Virus record (IMG/VR): IMGVR_UViG_3300005405_000007 | Direction: 5' to 3' (one strand) | Length of the DNA: 64,000 nt | DNA from: an uncultured virus (IMG/VR IMGVR_UViG_3300005405_000007) | Taxonomy: Duplodnaviria > Heunggongvirae > Uroviricota > Caudoviricetes | Part shown: one piece after another, positions 1 to 10,976 of the stretch | Layout of the letters: each line of letters starts with the position of its first letter | How positions within the stretch are numbered: position 1 is the stretch's first letter | Position numbers and translations under genes: made by a program | The notes under the pieces: model-generated | The model's database searches: none | The model's input: only the letters and a program-made list of their open reading frames with translations | Told to the model about the DNA's origin: nothing

Positions 1-199
1 CACACACACACACACACCAATAGAGACTGTGGTAGTTTGCTTGTTACCTGCTAGAACAGATACAAAATATTTTCATGAATACATATATGGTAAAGCTGAA
101 ATAAGATTTATCAAAGGAAGATTAAAGTTTGGTGATGCTAAAAATTCAGCACCATTTCCTAGTATGGTAGTTATTTTTAGGTCAAGTGATAATACATAA
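1..199 (+). CDS. Phage DNA N6-adenine methyltransferase (Dam-like), 3' part; begins in a (CA)n tract
   Basis: Frame 2 reads THTHTPIETVVVCLLPARTDTKYFHEYIYGKAEIRFIKGRLKFGDAKNSAPFPSMVVIF, the typical C-terminus of this family; 5' end lies outside the window. Confidence 0.85.
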   Translation, partial: THTHTPIETVVVCLLPARTDTKYFHEYIYGKAEIRFIKGRLKFGDAKNSAPFPSMVVIFRSSDNT

Positions 200-232
200 T
201 CAAAAATGAAATATAATAAAGGAGATTGATTA

Positions 233-965
233 ATTATAGAAAATTTAATTGGTAGGGAATTTTGTAGATTAACAGTTATTGAAAGAGATTATAGTAAGAA
301 ACATAAAACAGCAGAATATTATAGATGCGAATGTAAATGTGGAAATAAAAATTACATAACTACAGCAAAAGAATTACTAGGAGGCAAGGGGTCGTGTAGG
401 ATGTATAAAGAAGAATAATAAAGGATTCAATAGTTACAAAATTGAAGGAGAAGTGGCAACACTTTATTTTGAAAAAAGAAATGGAGATATACATGAAATA
501 ATAGTAGACGCAGACGAAATTGAAAGATTAAAAGAAGTTAATTACATGTGGAATACTCATTATAAACCATGTACAAAAACATATTATTCTGCGTACACTT
601 TATATGAAGAAACAGATGGCGAGAAAACACATAAAACTATTTATTTGGCAAGATTTATTATGAATGTAACAGATCCTAATATTACAGTAGATCATTGGAA
701 TCACGATACCTTAGATAATAGAAAAGAAAATTTAAGAATTACGGTTATTGGACCAAATGATACACATAGAAGTGGTAAAAATTCTAATAATAAATCTGGT
801 CATCGCAACGTCTCTTGGAATGGAAGTGGGTGGTCTGTTCAACTTATGGTAGATGGCAAAAATACTTGTTTAAAGAGGTTTAAGAAAAACCAGTTAGAAG
901 AAGCCGGAGCATATGCTAAAAGGATGAGACAAGAATTGTATGGTGAGTTTGCTGGAAATGGTTAA
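233..965 (+). pseudogene. HNH homing endonuclease with AP2-like C-terminus, frameshifted
   Basis: N-terminal NLIGREFCRLTVIER..CECKCG..SC joins 453..965 (VDHWNHDTLDNRKENLR, NNKSGHRNVSW) if one extra A at ~398 is removed, restoring SCGC. Confidence 0.75.
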
Positions 966-1043
966 TACATAAAATAAATTTCCGATAATATTCATACTTT
1001 ATTGTATAAATATAATAATATAAGAAAGAGGGATTAAAATACA

Positions 1044-2444
1044 TTGGAAAAGTTAAAAGTTATAGAATTGTTTGCTGGAATAGGAGCATATTCCAAAGCA
1101 TTAGATAGATTAAATGTAAACTATGAAGTTGTATCTGCAATAGAAAAAGATAAAAAAACAATAAAAAGTTATAATGTAATACATAATTCAAACTATCAAG
1201 TAACAGATATCACTACACTTGATGAAAGGTCATTGCCAGATTGTGATATGATATGTTACTCGCCCCCATGCCAAGCATTCAGTAATGCCGGAAAGCAGCT
1301 AGGATTTGAAGATAAAAGAGGAATATTGTTTTTCGATGCGTTGAGAATTATTAAAGAGAAGAAACCAAAATATTGTATAATGGAAAATGTTAAAGGTTTA
1401 ACCCAAAAGAAATTTAAAAATGAATTCAAAGAAATGTTAAACAGTCTTGAAGAAGCTGGATATGTAAATTATAAACAAATATTGAATGCAAAAAATCATG
1501 GAATACCACAAAATAGAGAAAGAATTTTTATTATTAGTATACGTAAGGATGTAATACAAAAATTCAATTTTCCAAAAGAATTTGATAACGGTTTAAGATT
1601 AAGGGATTTACTCGAACCTGATGTAGATGAAAAATATTATATAAATCAAGATAAGACTGAAAAATTAGTTGAACAATTAAAAGAAAAAGAATTTTCTAAT
1701 ACTGTACGGTCTGGAGGAAGAGGGTCATTAGATAGACATCAGTGGGATATGGTTTGTGTAAATACAAAAATGCAAGATACTCAAATAAGAGATGATGGAT
1801 TATGTTGCACTTTAACTTCTTCTATGTATAAAGAACCACCACAAGTAGCAATGCAAATAAATCATGGAACAGTAAAAATAAAAGAAGATGATATTTGTAG
1901 TTGTATTGATGCTAATTATGGTAAAGGATTGGACAATCACGCCGCCAGAACAGGGATTATGCAAGTTGGAATGTTAGATATAAAAGGAAACGAGCAAATA
2001 AGAAGGGTGTATGACCCAGATGGGTTAAGTCCTACGCTTAATACAATGACAGGAGGGAACAGGCAACCAAAGATACTCGAAAACAATGAATTAAAATTTG
2101 TTGGAGGTATTGATACAACAGAAAAATGGATAGAAGATAAAAATAATTTAAGTAGAAATTATAAAGAAGGATATAGAGTTTATGATAGTGAAGGAATTGC
2201 ATGTTGTCAGAAAACTAATGGAGGAGGTTTGGGTAGTAATACTGGATTATATTTAGAAAATACATATAGAATTAGAAAACTAACTCCTTTGGAGTGCCTC
2301 CGGCTTATGGGTTTTGATGATGAAGATTATTACATATTAAAAGATAGCGGTATTTCAAATAGTCAAATATATAAGATGGCTGGAAATAGTATTGTGGTTA
2401 ATGTCTTAGAAGAAATATTCAAGGCACTATTTTCGAATACATAA
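1044..2444 (+). CDS. DNA (cytosine-5) methyltransferase with long modular variable region
   Basis: Motifs ELFAGIG, SPPCQ, ENVKG, QNRERIF, RKLTPLECLRLMGF, AGNSIVV. Confidence 0.95.
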   Translation: MEKLKVIELFAGIGAYSKALDRLNVNYEVVSAIEKDKKTIKSYNVIHNSNYQVTDITTLDERSLPDCDMICYSPPCQAFSNAGKQLGFEDKRGILFFDALRIIKEKKPKYCIMENVKGLTQKKFKNEFKEMLNSLEEAGYVNYKQILNAKNHGIPQNRERIFIISIRKDVIQKFNFPKEFDNGLRLRDLLEPDVDEKYYINQDKTEKLVEQLKEKEFSNTVRSGGRGSLDRHQWDMVCVNTKMQDTQIRDDGLCCTLTSSMYKEPPQVAMQINHGTVKIKEDDICSCIDANYGKGLDNHAARTGIMQVGMLDIKGNEQIRRVYDPDGLSPTLNTMTGGNRQPKILENNELKFVGGIDTTEKWIEDKNNLSRNYKEGYRVYDSEGIACCQKTNGGGLGSNTGLYLENTYRIRKLTPLECLRLMGFDDEDYYILKDSGISNSQIYKMAGNSIVVNVLEEIFKALFSNT

Positions 2445-2463
2445 TAAACATAAAATAATTATT

Positions 2464-2501
2464 TATACCCTATTGCATTCAATTGTGATAGGGTATATAC
2501 T
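2464..2501 (+). promoter_or_regulatory. SigA-like promoter overlapping an inverted repeat (possible terminator or operator)
   Basis: TTGCAT(2473)-17-TATACT(2496); TATACCCTAT...ATAGGGTATA arms at 2464-2497. Confidence 0.55.
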
Positions 2502-2534
2502 ATTGTCAAGAAGAAAATCTAGGAGGTAATACAT

Positions 2535-2915
2535 ATGAAAATCATTAAACAGCGTGAAAGAAAAACTAATGTTCGGTATTATTTATCATTTGAGTGGAGT
2601 GATACTCCTGGTAGTGGATTTAACTTTGACTGTGATGAAAAAGGCAATGTATTATTAACAGATGCAAATAAAGAGAATTACCAAAAATGTATTAATGGTG
2701 AATATGATGTAATTGCCGAAGGAATACAGAAAGACAAGTGGAGTTATACTGAACCAGCTATTGGTAAATGTTCATGTGGAGAAGAAGTTGTTCTAAGTAG
2801 TTTTACAAACACTTGTGATAAATGCGATAGTGATTATAATATGCAGGGCGATTTACTTGACCATCGTTCACAATGGGGAGAGGAAACCGGAGAACATTGG
2901 ACAGAGTGTTATTAA
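2535..2915 (+). CDS. Hypothetical phage protein with Cys pairs
   Basis: ORF with AGGAGG RBS; CxC and CxxC. Confidence 0.7.
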   Translation: MKIIKQRERKTNVRYYLSFEWSDTPGSGFNFDCDEKGNVLLTDANKENYQKCINGEYDVIAEGIQKDKWSYTEPAIGKCSCGEEVVLSSFTNTCDKCDSDYNMQGDLLDHRSQWGEETGEHWTECY

Positions 2916-2936
2916 TTTAAAGGAGATGAGTACCAC

Positions 2937-3161
2937 ATGAAATTTCTAGACAGTGTTGACACAGAAATAGAATATCATAATGCAAAACCATTTAGTATTG
3001 ATATGTGGCACTTTCGTTCAGAAAGATCGTGGGTAGTTAGAATAAAAGATGAAGAAGGTAATCAGATTGGCGATGCAGTTTACGTGTATTCTAAACCAGA
3101 GGCGTTAAATCAAGTAGAATATTGGAAAGAGAAATATGGAATACCACTTATTAGAGATTGA
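2937..3161 (+). CDS. Hypothetical phage protein
   Basis: ORF with AAGGAG RBS. Confidence 0.6.
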   Translation: MKFLDSVDTEIEYHNAKPFSIDMWHFRSERSWVVRIKDEEGNQIGDAVYVYSKPEALNQVEYWKEKYGIPLIRD

Positions 3162-3212
3162 AAAGTAGGATAAAATTATATTTTCCTAGTATTTTAGAAA
3201 GGAATGGTATAA

Positions 3213-3389
3213 GTGAAAGAAATTAAACCATGTCCATTTTGTGGAGGCGAAGGTGAATTTAGAGAAGAAGGTGGTTGGGGTTCTATGTGGATAGAATGTC
3301 AGTCTTGTGGTGCTGAAGGTGCATGGGTAGACGGGAATAATGGAGCAACAGAAAATGATGCTATTGATAAATGGAATATGAGAGTATAA
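3213..3389 (+). CDS. Lar-family restriction alleviation zinc-finger protein (58 aa, not in ORF track)
   Basis: MKEIKPCPFCGG..IECQSCGA..AIDKWNMRV. Confidence 0.75.
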   Translation: MKEIKPCPFCGGEGEFREEGGWGSMWIECQSCGAEGAWVDGNNGATENDAIDKWNMRV

Positions 3390-3633
3390 GGAGTGAATTA
3401 TGTGGATAATAATTTTCTAATAACTTATTCCTATGAAAACAATGAAGGAATGACTGATTTTGGTTATAGTTGGTATGAATCAGAGGAATCTATGATTGAA
3501 GATGTAGATTTTAAAAGAGGGTTTTTGAAAGATTTTGAAATACAAGATGCAATGGAAATTTTAGGAGTAAGAAATATTGATTTAAAATAATACCAGCAAA
3601 TCTTGCTTTTTATGTGTTTTAAGGAGGAGTAAA

Positions 3634-4068
3634 ATGTATTATTGTCATACAATAAATGGTTACATAAATGAGAACATTAATAAAATATTATTAAGAGATG
3701 AAAATGTTCTAATATTTACAAATGATATTAATAAAGCTAAAATATTTGATCGGAAAGAAAATTTTTATTGCAGAGAGTTAAAAGATATTGACACAGAATT
3801 TATTGAGATATACATCCCTATAGAATTAAAAAAGTTTTGCATGAAAGAGTATCTAGGAAATATACAAGATAAAACAAAACTTGATGTCTTTGGTAGAAGA
3901 TATTTGACCAAATTTATCGAAAAATCAGACTGGGTATCAAACTGTGCAAAAGTAAATTTGTGGGAAGTAAATATCGAGGATAAATTATATAATAAACATG
4001 GTTATAATAACCATTGGAAAATGCTAATTGATGATTTCCTTGAAAATTATTATATTAATGTTTATTGA
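3634..4068 (+). CDS. Hypothetical phage protein
   Basis: AAGGAGG RBS, 144 aa ORF. Confidence 0.6.
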   Translation: MYYCHTINGYINENINKILLRDENVLIFTNDINKAKIFDRKENFYCRELKDIDTEFIEIYIPIELKKFCMKEYLGNIQDKTKLDVFGRRYLTKFIEKSDWVSNCAKVNLWEVNIEDKLYNKHGYNNHWKMLIDDFLENYYINVY

Positions 4069-4243
4069 ATTTATGTTAAAAGGATGGATAGCGTGTAATA
4101 AAGATGATAAAATCTTACTTGAAGGATTTGGTATCAAATTAAGCGAATACGGTGAAGGTGAATTTACTAATTGTATTGTACCGAAAAAAGCATTGAAGAA
4201 ATTACAACCATATTAGGGTAGATTTATTTGGGGATTATTTTAA
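4058..4243 (+). pseudogene. Small hypothetical protein with probable premature TAG at 4214
   Basis: ..KLQPY*GRFIWGLF*; read-through end falls just before the junction element at 4253. Confidence 0.4.
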
Positions 4244-4502
4244 TTTATAGCATAAAAGGAGATTTTGATTTAGTTTAAAATTAATAAAAGGAGGATATTC
4301 AAATGACAAATTCTGAAGCACAAGCATATGCGATGGTGGCACTCAACAATTTAATCAAAGCAGGTATCATTAAAGCGAAAAATAACAAGAATATATTAGA
4401 TAGTTTAGATAGAGAAATGTATTATCTTTTTGATAGATATTCTGAGGATGAAGTGGTAGAATTAATGGAAAATATTATGATTGGAGAGGTGGATTAAATA
4501 TA

Positions 4503-4940
4503 ATGATGACTTTAGAACAAGCAATTTCAATAGCATCTTTAGCACATGAAGGGCAATTGGATAAAGGTGGCGAACCTTACATTTTGCATCCATTAAGAGT
4601 TATGATGAAACTTAAAGATGAGAAACAAAGAATTATTGCTGTGCTGCATGATATTATTGAGGACACAAAATTAACAGACCAAGATTTGTTAAATCAAGGA
4701 TTGGATTATGAATTAGTTAATCATATTTTAACTTTGACTAGACGTAAAAACGAGAGTTATGATGATTATATTGATCGCATAAGTCAGGATGAATTAGCTA
4801 TTAATGTTAAGTTAGCAGATTTAGAGGACAATATGAATATGTCTAGAATCAAGAATCCAACTGGGAAAGATTATGATCGTATGGTTAAGTATGGGAATGC
4901 TAGGGATAAATTGATAAATATTTTATTTAATATGCAATAA
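4503..4940 (+). CDS. HD-domain small alarmone hydrolase-like protein (RelA/SpoT HD, Mesh1-like)
   Basis: AHEGQLDKGGEPYILHPLRV, AVLHDIIEDT, VKLADLEDN. Confidence 0.85.
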   Translation: MMTLEQAISIASLAHEGQLDKGGEPYILHPLRVMMKLKDEKQRIIAVLHDIIEDTKLTDQDLLNQGLDYELVNHILTLTRRKNESYDDYIDRISQDELAINVKLADLEDNMNMSRIKNPTGKDYDRMVKYGNARDKLINILFNMQ

Positions 4941-5144
4941 GGAGTGAAAAGAATGATAAAATTAGAATGGATTTGTGCGGATTGTGATACAGTCCAAACT
5001 TATGAAAATCTAAATAATGACCCATTGAAAACAAGTGAAATGATAAGGATTAAATGTAAAAAGTGTAAAAATATATTTGAGTTAATTATGAGATTAGGTT
5101 AGGGGATAAATCAAAAGTTTCGATGGAATTGGAGGTAAAATAAG

Positions 5145-5477
5145 TTGGAAGAAACTTGTTCTGATAAAGAATGCAGATATTTTAAAGATGAGTATGATAA
5201 ACAAAATGGTATATGGGAGTTTTATTCTTTTTGTAATAAACAAAATAAATTCATACCAAAAGAAATTATATGTGAACATTATTTAGAGCCACAGTTATGC
5301 TATAATTGTTTACACTCTTATACGATAGTTTATGAAACAGGAACAATTGATTCAATAGATTATCATTGTAAATTACAAAATAATAAGATGATTTTCAGTG
5401 ACTTAAATTGGGCGATTAGTCATCAAGGGGATTTTCCAGATTGTCCTATTGGTAAATGGGAAAGCATACGAAAGTAG
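5145..5477 (+). CDS. Cys-rich hypothetical protein
   Basis: GGAGGT RBS, TTG start, multiple Cys. Confidence 0.55.
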   Translation: MEETCSDKECRYFKDEYDKQNGIWEFYSFCNKQNKFIPKEIICEHYLEPQLCYNCLHSYTIVYETGTIDSIDYHCKLQNNKMIFSDLNWAISHQGDFPDCPIGKWESIRK

Positions 5478-5515
5478 AGTTTTATGTTATAAAAATAGCA
5501 AAGGAAGTGTTATCA

Positions 5516-5899
5516 ATGCATAAATTTAAAGTAGGAGATAAAGTTAAAATAATAGACGCAATGAATCATGACAACATAGGAAAGATTGGAATTATTGAAC
5601 AACTTAGTAGTAGTTATCCATTGTGTTACAAACTTAAAATTGATGAGAAAAGTGGTTCGTGGGGAAACGCCTGGTTAGAAAGTTGTTTAGAGAAATTTGA
5701 TGAAACTAAAAACAATCAAATAGAAAAATATAATGTCAATATTACAATTGAAGTTAAAGACGGAATGGAATTTGATAGAAAATTTATTGATTTTCTTGAG
5801 ACTAATACAATTAATTATGAATTAGAATTAAAAAGAATTTATACTAAAGAAAAGGAAGAAATTATTAAAGGTTTAATTGGAGTAACAATCAGAAAATAA
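5516..5899 (+). CDS. Hypothetical protein with KOW/SH3-like N-terminus
   Basis: MHKFKVGDKVKII..GKIGII. Confidence 0.55.
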   Translation: MHKFKVGDKVKIIDAMNHDNIGKIGIIEQLSSSYPLCYKLKIDEKSGSWGNAWLESCLEKFDETKNNQIEKYNVNITIEVKDGMEFDRKFIDFLETNTINYELELKRIYTKEKEEIIKGLIGVTIRK

Positions 5900-5985
5900 T
5901 ACACTTCGAAATAGATATTTTATAGTCTTTTAGATATTGAAAGATAGAGAACGAATGAGTAAATGGAAGTATGGAGGAGATAAAA

Positions 5986-6759
5986 ATGAGCAAAGATAAT
6001 CTTGGAGATAGAATGAAGGGTTATGAAAATATTGAGAGAAAACATCTAACAAAAAGAATGCCTACATTAATCAGACTTGATGGCAAAGCATTTCATACAT
6101 TCACTAAAGGATTCCAAAGACCATTTGATATGATATTAATGAATAGTATGTGGGAAACAGCACAGTATCTTTGTAAGAATGTTATGGGTTGTAAAATTGC
6201 GTATACTCAAAGTGATGAAATAACTTTACTAATTACTGATTACGATGCTCTTACTACTCAAGCATGGTTTGATAAAAACATACAAAAGATGGTTTCTATC
6301 TCTGCAAGTATGGCAACTATGGCTTTTAATGAAGGTTTTAGAGAAAAAGTAAATAATCTTGAAGTCAATAGTGGCGAGGAAGGTAGGCAATGGGAAAGAT
6401 ATTATTCAAGAGTCGGAACTGCAATGTTTGATAGTAGAGTTTATAATATTCCAAAAGAGGAAGTATGCAACGCTTTTATTTGGAGACAACAAGACGCAAC
6501 TAGGAATGCTATACAAATGGTTGGTCAGGCAAACTTTAGTCACAAACAACTACAAAATAAAACATGTAATCAAATTCAAGAGATGTTATTTCAAGAGAAA
6601 GAAATTAACTTTAATGATTTGCCAACTTATCAAAAGCGTGGAATTTGTATTGTAAAAGAGCAATATGATAAAGAAGGGATTATGCGAAGCAGGTGGGTAA
6701 TTGATGAAAATATTCCTATTTTTACACAAGACAGGGAATATATCGAGAAATATTTATAA
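5986..6759 (+). CDS. tRNA(His) guanylyltransferase Thg1-like protein
   Basis: LGDRMKGYE, IRLDGKAFHTFT, YTQSDEI, FDSRV, WRQQDATRN. Confidence 0.93.
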   Translation: MSKDNLGDRMKGYENIERKHLTKRMPTLIRLDGKAFHTFTKGFQRPFDMILMNSMWETAQYLCKNVMGCKIAYTQSDEITLLITDYDALTTQAWFDKNIQKMVSISASMATMAFNEGFREKVNNLEVNSGEEGRQWERYYSRVGTAMFDSRVYNIPKEEVCNAFIWRQQDATRNAIQMVGQANFSHKQLQNKTCNQIQEMLFQEKEINFNDLPTYQKRGICIVKEQYDKEGIMRSRWVIDENIPIFTQDREYIEKYL

Positions 6760-6908
6760 ATCAATTCAAACACGCATTTTAAATTAAATATATAAATTTT
6801 AACAGTAGAAAAATTAAATAAATAGGAGTATAATAGAATACAAGAGGTGTAAATCATGCAAGTAGAAATTATTCATACAAATGAAACATAACTGCTAAGC
6901 CTTAGCTT

Positions 6909-7073
6909 ATGCTAAAACAAGAAAATGCTTACAGATTGTTTGAGGAATTTCCTCATATTAGAAAAACTAAATTATGGGGTGGAAAGTTCTGGAGTGGAAG
7001 TAGTTTTGTTAGTACGGTTGGTAGTGTATCATTGGAAACAGTTAAACAATATATTGAAAATCAAGGAAAATAA
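6909..7073 (+). pseudogene. tnpA: IS200-type Y1 transposase, C-terminal remnant
   Basis: LFEEFPHIRKTKLWGGKFWSGSSFVSTVGSVSLETVKQYIENQ; HUH motif absent. Confidence 0.85.
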
Positions 7074-7118
7074 TTTTTGTAATTAATATACAAACATGAT
7101 ATAATAAATTAATGAAAG

Positions 7119-8571
7119 GTGGTGAATACTCTGTCTAATTTTGTTTTGACTCTTCCACTAAAAACAGAAAAATTTCAAGATGATGTCTTGGATAAGAATT
7201 TTGAGAAATGTAGAAAAATTTATAATGCTTGCATTACTGAATTGCATAAAAGATATAACCATATGAGAGAATCTAAAGAATACCAAAAGAATTGTAAATA
7301 TAAAGGTAAAGATAGAAATAAAATATTTAATACTTTGAACAAAAAGTATAAATTAACAGAGTATTCACTTCATGACTTTATTAAACCAATGGGAAAATAT
7401 TTTAATATTGATGCTATGACTGTTCAAAAAATTGCTACAAGAGCATTTAATGCTTTCCAAGGATTAATATTTCATAAAGCTAAAAAGATTAAATATAAGT
7501 CTTATGGTGAATTAAATTCCATTGAAGGAAAAACTAATAAACAAGGTATTAGGTTTAGAGATAATAATATATTGTTTGCAGGACTAAAAATTCCTGTGAT
7601 CATCAAGAAGAATGATATATATGTTCATATGTCTTTACAAAATAGAGTAAAATATTGCCGTATTAAACGAGAAATAATTAAAGGTAAATATCATTATTAT
7701 GTTCAGTTAGTTTTAGATGGAATTCCTCCAATAAAGATCAACAAAGATACAGGCGAAATTAAACATTATAATAATGATGGTGTAGTTGGTTTAGACATTG
7801 GAACCCAAACTGTAGCTTATTGTTCTAATAGTGAAGTCAAATTACTTGAATTAGTTCCAGAAGTACAAAATATTGAAAAGCAAAAGAGAGTATTACAAAG
7901 AAAAATGGATCGTTCCAGACGTTCTACTAATCCTAATAAGTTTAACGATAACGGTACAATTAATACCAAAGATAAAAACAAATGGATCAAATCCAATCAT
8001 TATATAAAAACTCAAATGAAGTTAAAAGAATTGCAACGAAAGCAAAGAGAAATTAGAAAGCAATCTCATAATCGACTTGCTAATTATATTTTAACATTGG
8101 GTAATGATATTAAGGTTGAGACAATGAGCTACAAGGGGTTACAAGCTAGAGCTAAGAATACTACTGTCGATAAAAAGACAGGTAAGTTTAACAAGAAAAA
8201 AAGATTTGGAAAATCATTAGCAAATAAAGCACCAGCTATGTTTTTGACTATATTGGACAATAAATTAAAATGGATTGATAAGAATTTAAAGAAAATTGAT
8301 ACTTGGAAAGTGAAAGCTAGTCAATATAATCATATTAATGACCAATTCACAAAAAAAGGAACTAGACGAAAGATGGAATGATTTTTGTGAATTTAAGATA
8401 CAGAGAGACTTATATAGCAGTTTTCTTATTATGAATGTTAATGATGATTTAGAAACAATTAATAGGGATTTATGTTTTGAGAAATTTCAAAGCTTTAAAG
8501 TTTTACATGATATTGAGATAGAGCGATTAAAAAATTCAGAGTTGAAAATAATGTTAAGGAATATATTTTAA
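7119..8571 (+). pseudogene. tnpB: TnpB RNA-guided nuclease, +1 frameshift in the A7 tract at 8351-8357
   Basis: RuvC motifs VGLDIG and IKVETMS; the third motif (QRDLYSSFLI) lies in the shifted frame 8338..8571. Confidence 0.85.
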
Positions 8572-8800
8572 AATATTAGATATTAAAAACAAGTCGAGAA
8601 TCGGGCTTGATACTAACGCCAATTTAGTTAATGGACTAATTGTTAGTGAAATTCTTATGGAAAATGATTAGTATTTATATGTTGTAGTTTATAGATGAGT
8701 ACAATACCTATAAATGAGAGTATAAAAGAAATTCATGAGTACATAAGAACCTGCCACGCTTTAGCGTGTGCAGAGGTTCGGATTTGAATTACCCATAATC
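8572..8800 (+). ncRNA. Putative TnpB omegaRNA (reRNA) with guide from the right flank
   Basis: About 200 nt between the tnpB stop and the right-end hairpin; position matches known omegaRNAs; 5' boundary uncertain. Confidence 0.55.
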
Positions 8801-9167
8801 ATTTTCCTGTTTCAAATGTATGACACTGATGTTTGGATCGATGCTTTTTATTTCAGAGATGAGGCAATTAGTCATTGTAGAAAATATGGACATAAAATTA
8901 TGAGAATAATTGATGAAGAATAGTTGTAATATTTGTTTTTCTGTGGTAGTATAATAAAGTGGAAAATAAAATATTCTAAACTATTGATTTATTTGGGAGG
9001 AGAGTGTATAATAATGGTAAGAGAAAGCGATATCGCATTTATCAGAAAGGCCATTGAGTTTTTAGAATTATCGAGCGATAAACATGGTGTATTACCACAT
9101 GTGACGATTATGAGGATTCAAAGTGTGATTGAGGAATTGAAAGATATTTTAGAGGAGGAATGTTAGG

Positions 9168-9425
9168 ATGAAAACAGTAATTATGAGAGATTGTAGAATT
9201 ATAACTGTTCCTGAAGAAAACAAATCATTCATAATCTTTATTGGAGCGAATATCACGTTTATTAATAGTGGTGCATATAAACATTCAGGCGTAATCACAA
9301 GTATTGTTCCAGAAGGTTTATTTTACACAGAAGATGAAGAATTTGACACGGAATTTGTAGAGTGGAATAAAATATCAGATATTTTATCTGTCGATGTTGG
9401 GAATGTGTTAGATTTTTTAAAATAG
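9168..9425 (+). CDS. Hypothetical phage protein
   Basis: ORF with GAGGAGG RBS. Confidence 0.55.
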   Translation: MKTVIMRDCRIITVPEENKSFIIFIGANITFINSGAYKHSGVITSIVPEGLFYTEDEEFDTEFVEWNKISDILSVDVGNVLDFLK

Positions 9426-9435
9426 AAAATTACAT

Positions 9436-9576
9436 TTGCCCAAATCACCCGTACTGAGATGTGAAAGGTGAGCTAATCTTATATCTGACTAATATAAGAC
9501 AGTTAAGTGTTATGGGCAACATCTGGTGTATCACAGATGAAGACGCTCCGACCCCCAAGGAAATGAACTTAGGGGG
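9436..9576 (+). ncRNA. Candidate structured ncRNA, family unknown
   Basis: Nested stems TTGCCCA/TGGGCAA, TCACC/GGTGA, TCTTATA/TATAAGA, then CATCTG/CAGATG and CCCCC/GGGGG; GC-richer than surroundings and ORF-free; strand assumed. Confidence 0.5.
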
Positions 9577-9725
9577 AAATTATTTAAAAATTGAAAGGTG
9601 TGGTATATATGTTAAGAGAACGGTTTGAACAAGAAAGAACTTCATTAATTAGAAAGCATGATTATCACTAAATATACCGAGCAATATTAAGTTTAAAAAT
9701 ATTTAAAGAAAGAAGGTCAAATATC

Positions 9726-10376
9726 ATGGATGATCGTACAACTATTGAACATGAAAGTTTTGCAATGTTAGGACTCGCAAGGAGTTCATGTAGTTCTAGC
9801 CAGAATTTATTTGGAAGTTCTATTCAACATAGTCACACAATTAAACTCAAAATTGCTCCTGCAAAAATTGATCGAATGTTAAATAGGGATTGGTTTCATG
9901 CTAATACAAAACCTTATATTGAAGTTGAAATGTCATATTCACAATTTACAGAGGCGATTACTTCAATGAATGTGGGAGATGGAGTACCTGTCACACTTAG
10001 ACGATTAGATGGTAGAATGATTGAAGACTGCCCACAATTTGATAAACGGCAGGAATTTGAGAAAGAGTTTGAAAAAGAAATGCTAAAGATCGGAAAGTCA
10101 CTTAGGATGCTTACTCAGCAAGCTGAAGCGTTATTGAGTGAGAAAAAAGCACCAACAAAAGCAGATAAAGAAGCGATACTCAGTGGCATTAAGATGTTGC
10201 GACAAGAAATTGAAAGTAACGTTCCTTTTATTCAAAGTAGTTTTAATGAGCAAATGGACAAAACTGTGCTTGAAGCGAAAGGTGAATTTGAAGGTTTTGT
10301 TATGCATAAGGTTACTTCAGCAGGACTAGAGGGGTTGCAGAAAGAATTTAAAATGCTTGGTGATAGTGAGGAGTGA
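9726..10376 (+). CDS. Hypothetical phage protein (216 aa)
   Basis: Long ORF with RBS; no recognised motif. Confidence 0.7.
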   Translation: MDDRTTIEHESFAMLGLARSSCSSSQNLFGSSIQHSHTIKLKIAPAKIDRMLNRDWFHANTKPYIEVEMSYSQFTEAITSMNVGDGVPVTLRRLDGRMIEDCPQFDKRQEFEKEFEKEMLKIGKSLRMLTQQAEALLSEKKAPTKADKEAILSGIKMLRQEIESNVPFIQSSFNEQMDKTVLEAKGEFEGFVMHKVTSAGLEGLQKEFKMLGDSEE

Positions 10377-10976
10377 TTAATTATGAGAAAATTAGTTTTA
10401 GATAATGGTATATGGTTATGGAGATATGTGAAGGGTACTGTTATAATAAAGAATCCCCAAGGTAAAAAATATTTAACGGACAAATCTGAGATAAGTGGAG
10501 TATCTTGGGAATCGTTTGATAATGGATATATGTTTGCAGTAACACCAAGTGTTATTAAAGATTGGATAGAAAAGAATTGTGTATAAATTTATTCTTTGGA
10601 TGGATTTTAAAATGAAAAGAGGATCGATTAACAATATATAATAAACTAACTCCGTTTATAAATTTCTTTAAAACTAAAAGAGTTAGAGATATTGCTGATT
10701 TAGTAGTTACCAAAATTGAAACATTAGAACAATATTATGTCCACAAATGCAGATATGCTGATGAATATGGAAAATCGTATATATCTGGCGACATTATTGA
10801 TTAAGAAATATTTAAAAGTTTATTGCTTCAAGCGAAAAGACCAATTGTATTAAGTGACATTTATGTTGACTTAAATCTAGAATAGTAAATAAAGCTTAAT
10901 ATAATTATTGAAAGAACATCTATATCATGTTAAAATAATTATATTAAGCTTTATATTCAAAAGGAGGAAGTACATA

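Larger units (their letters stand above)
6886..8779 (+). mobile_element. IS200/IS605-family element, non-autonomous (tnpA remnant plus tnpB)
   Basis: Left-end hairpin CATAA-ct-GCTAAgccTTAGC-TTATG; right-end hairpin GAACCT..CACGCtttaGCGTG..AGGTTC; no terminal inverted repeats or target-site duplication. Confidence 0.85.
6856..8923 (+). pseudogene. Small phage gene interrupted by the IS200/IS605 element
   Basis: MQVEIIHTNE (6856-6885, GAGGTG RBS) joins in frame to GFELPIIIFLFQMYDTDVWIDAFYFRDEAISHCRKYGHKIMRIIDEE* (8780-8923). Confidence 0.65.

Noticed and set aside
9450..9471. Hammerhead ribozyme or TPP riboswitch (CTGAGA..GAAA)
   Set aside because: Stem II, cleavage-site geometry and the remaining conserved elements are missing
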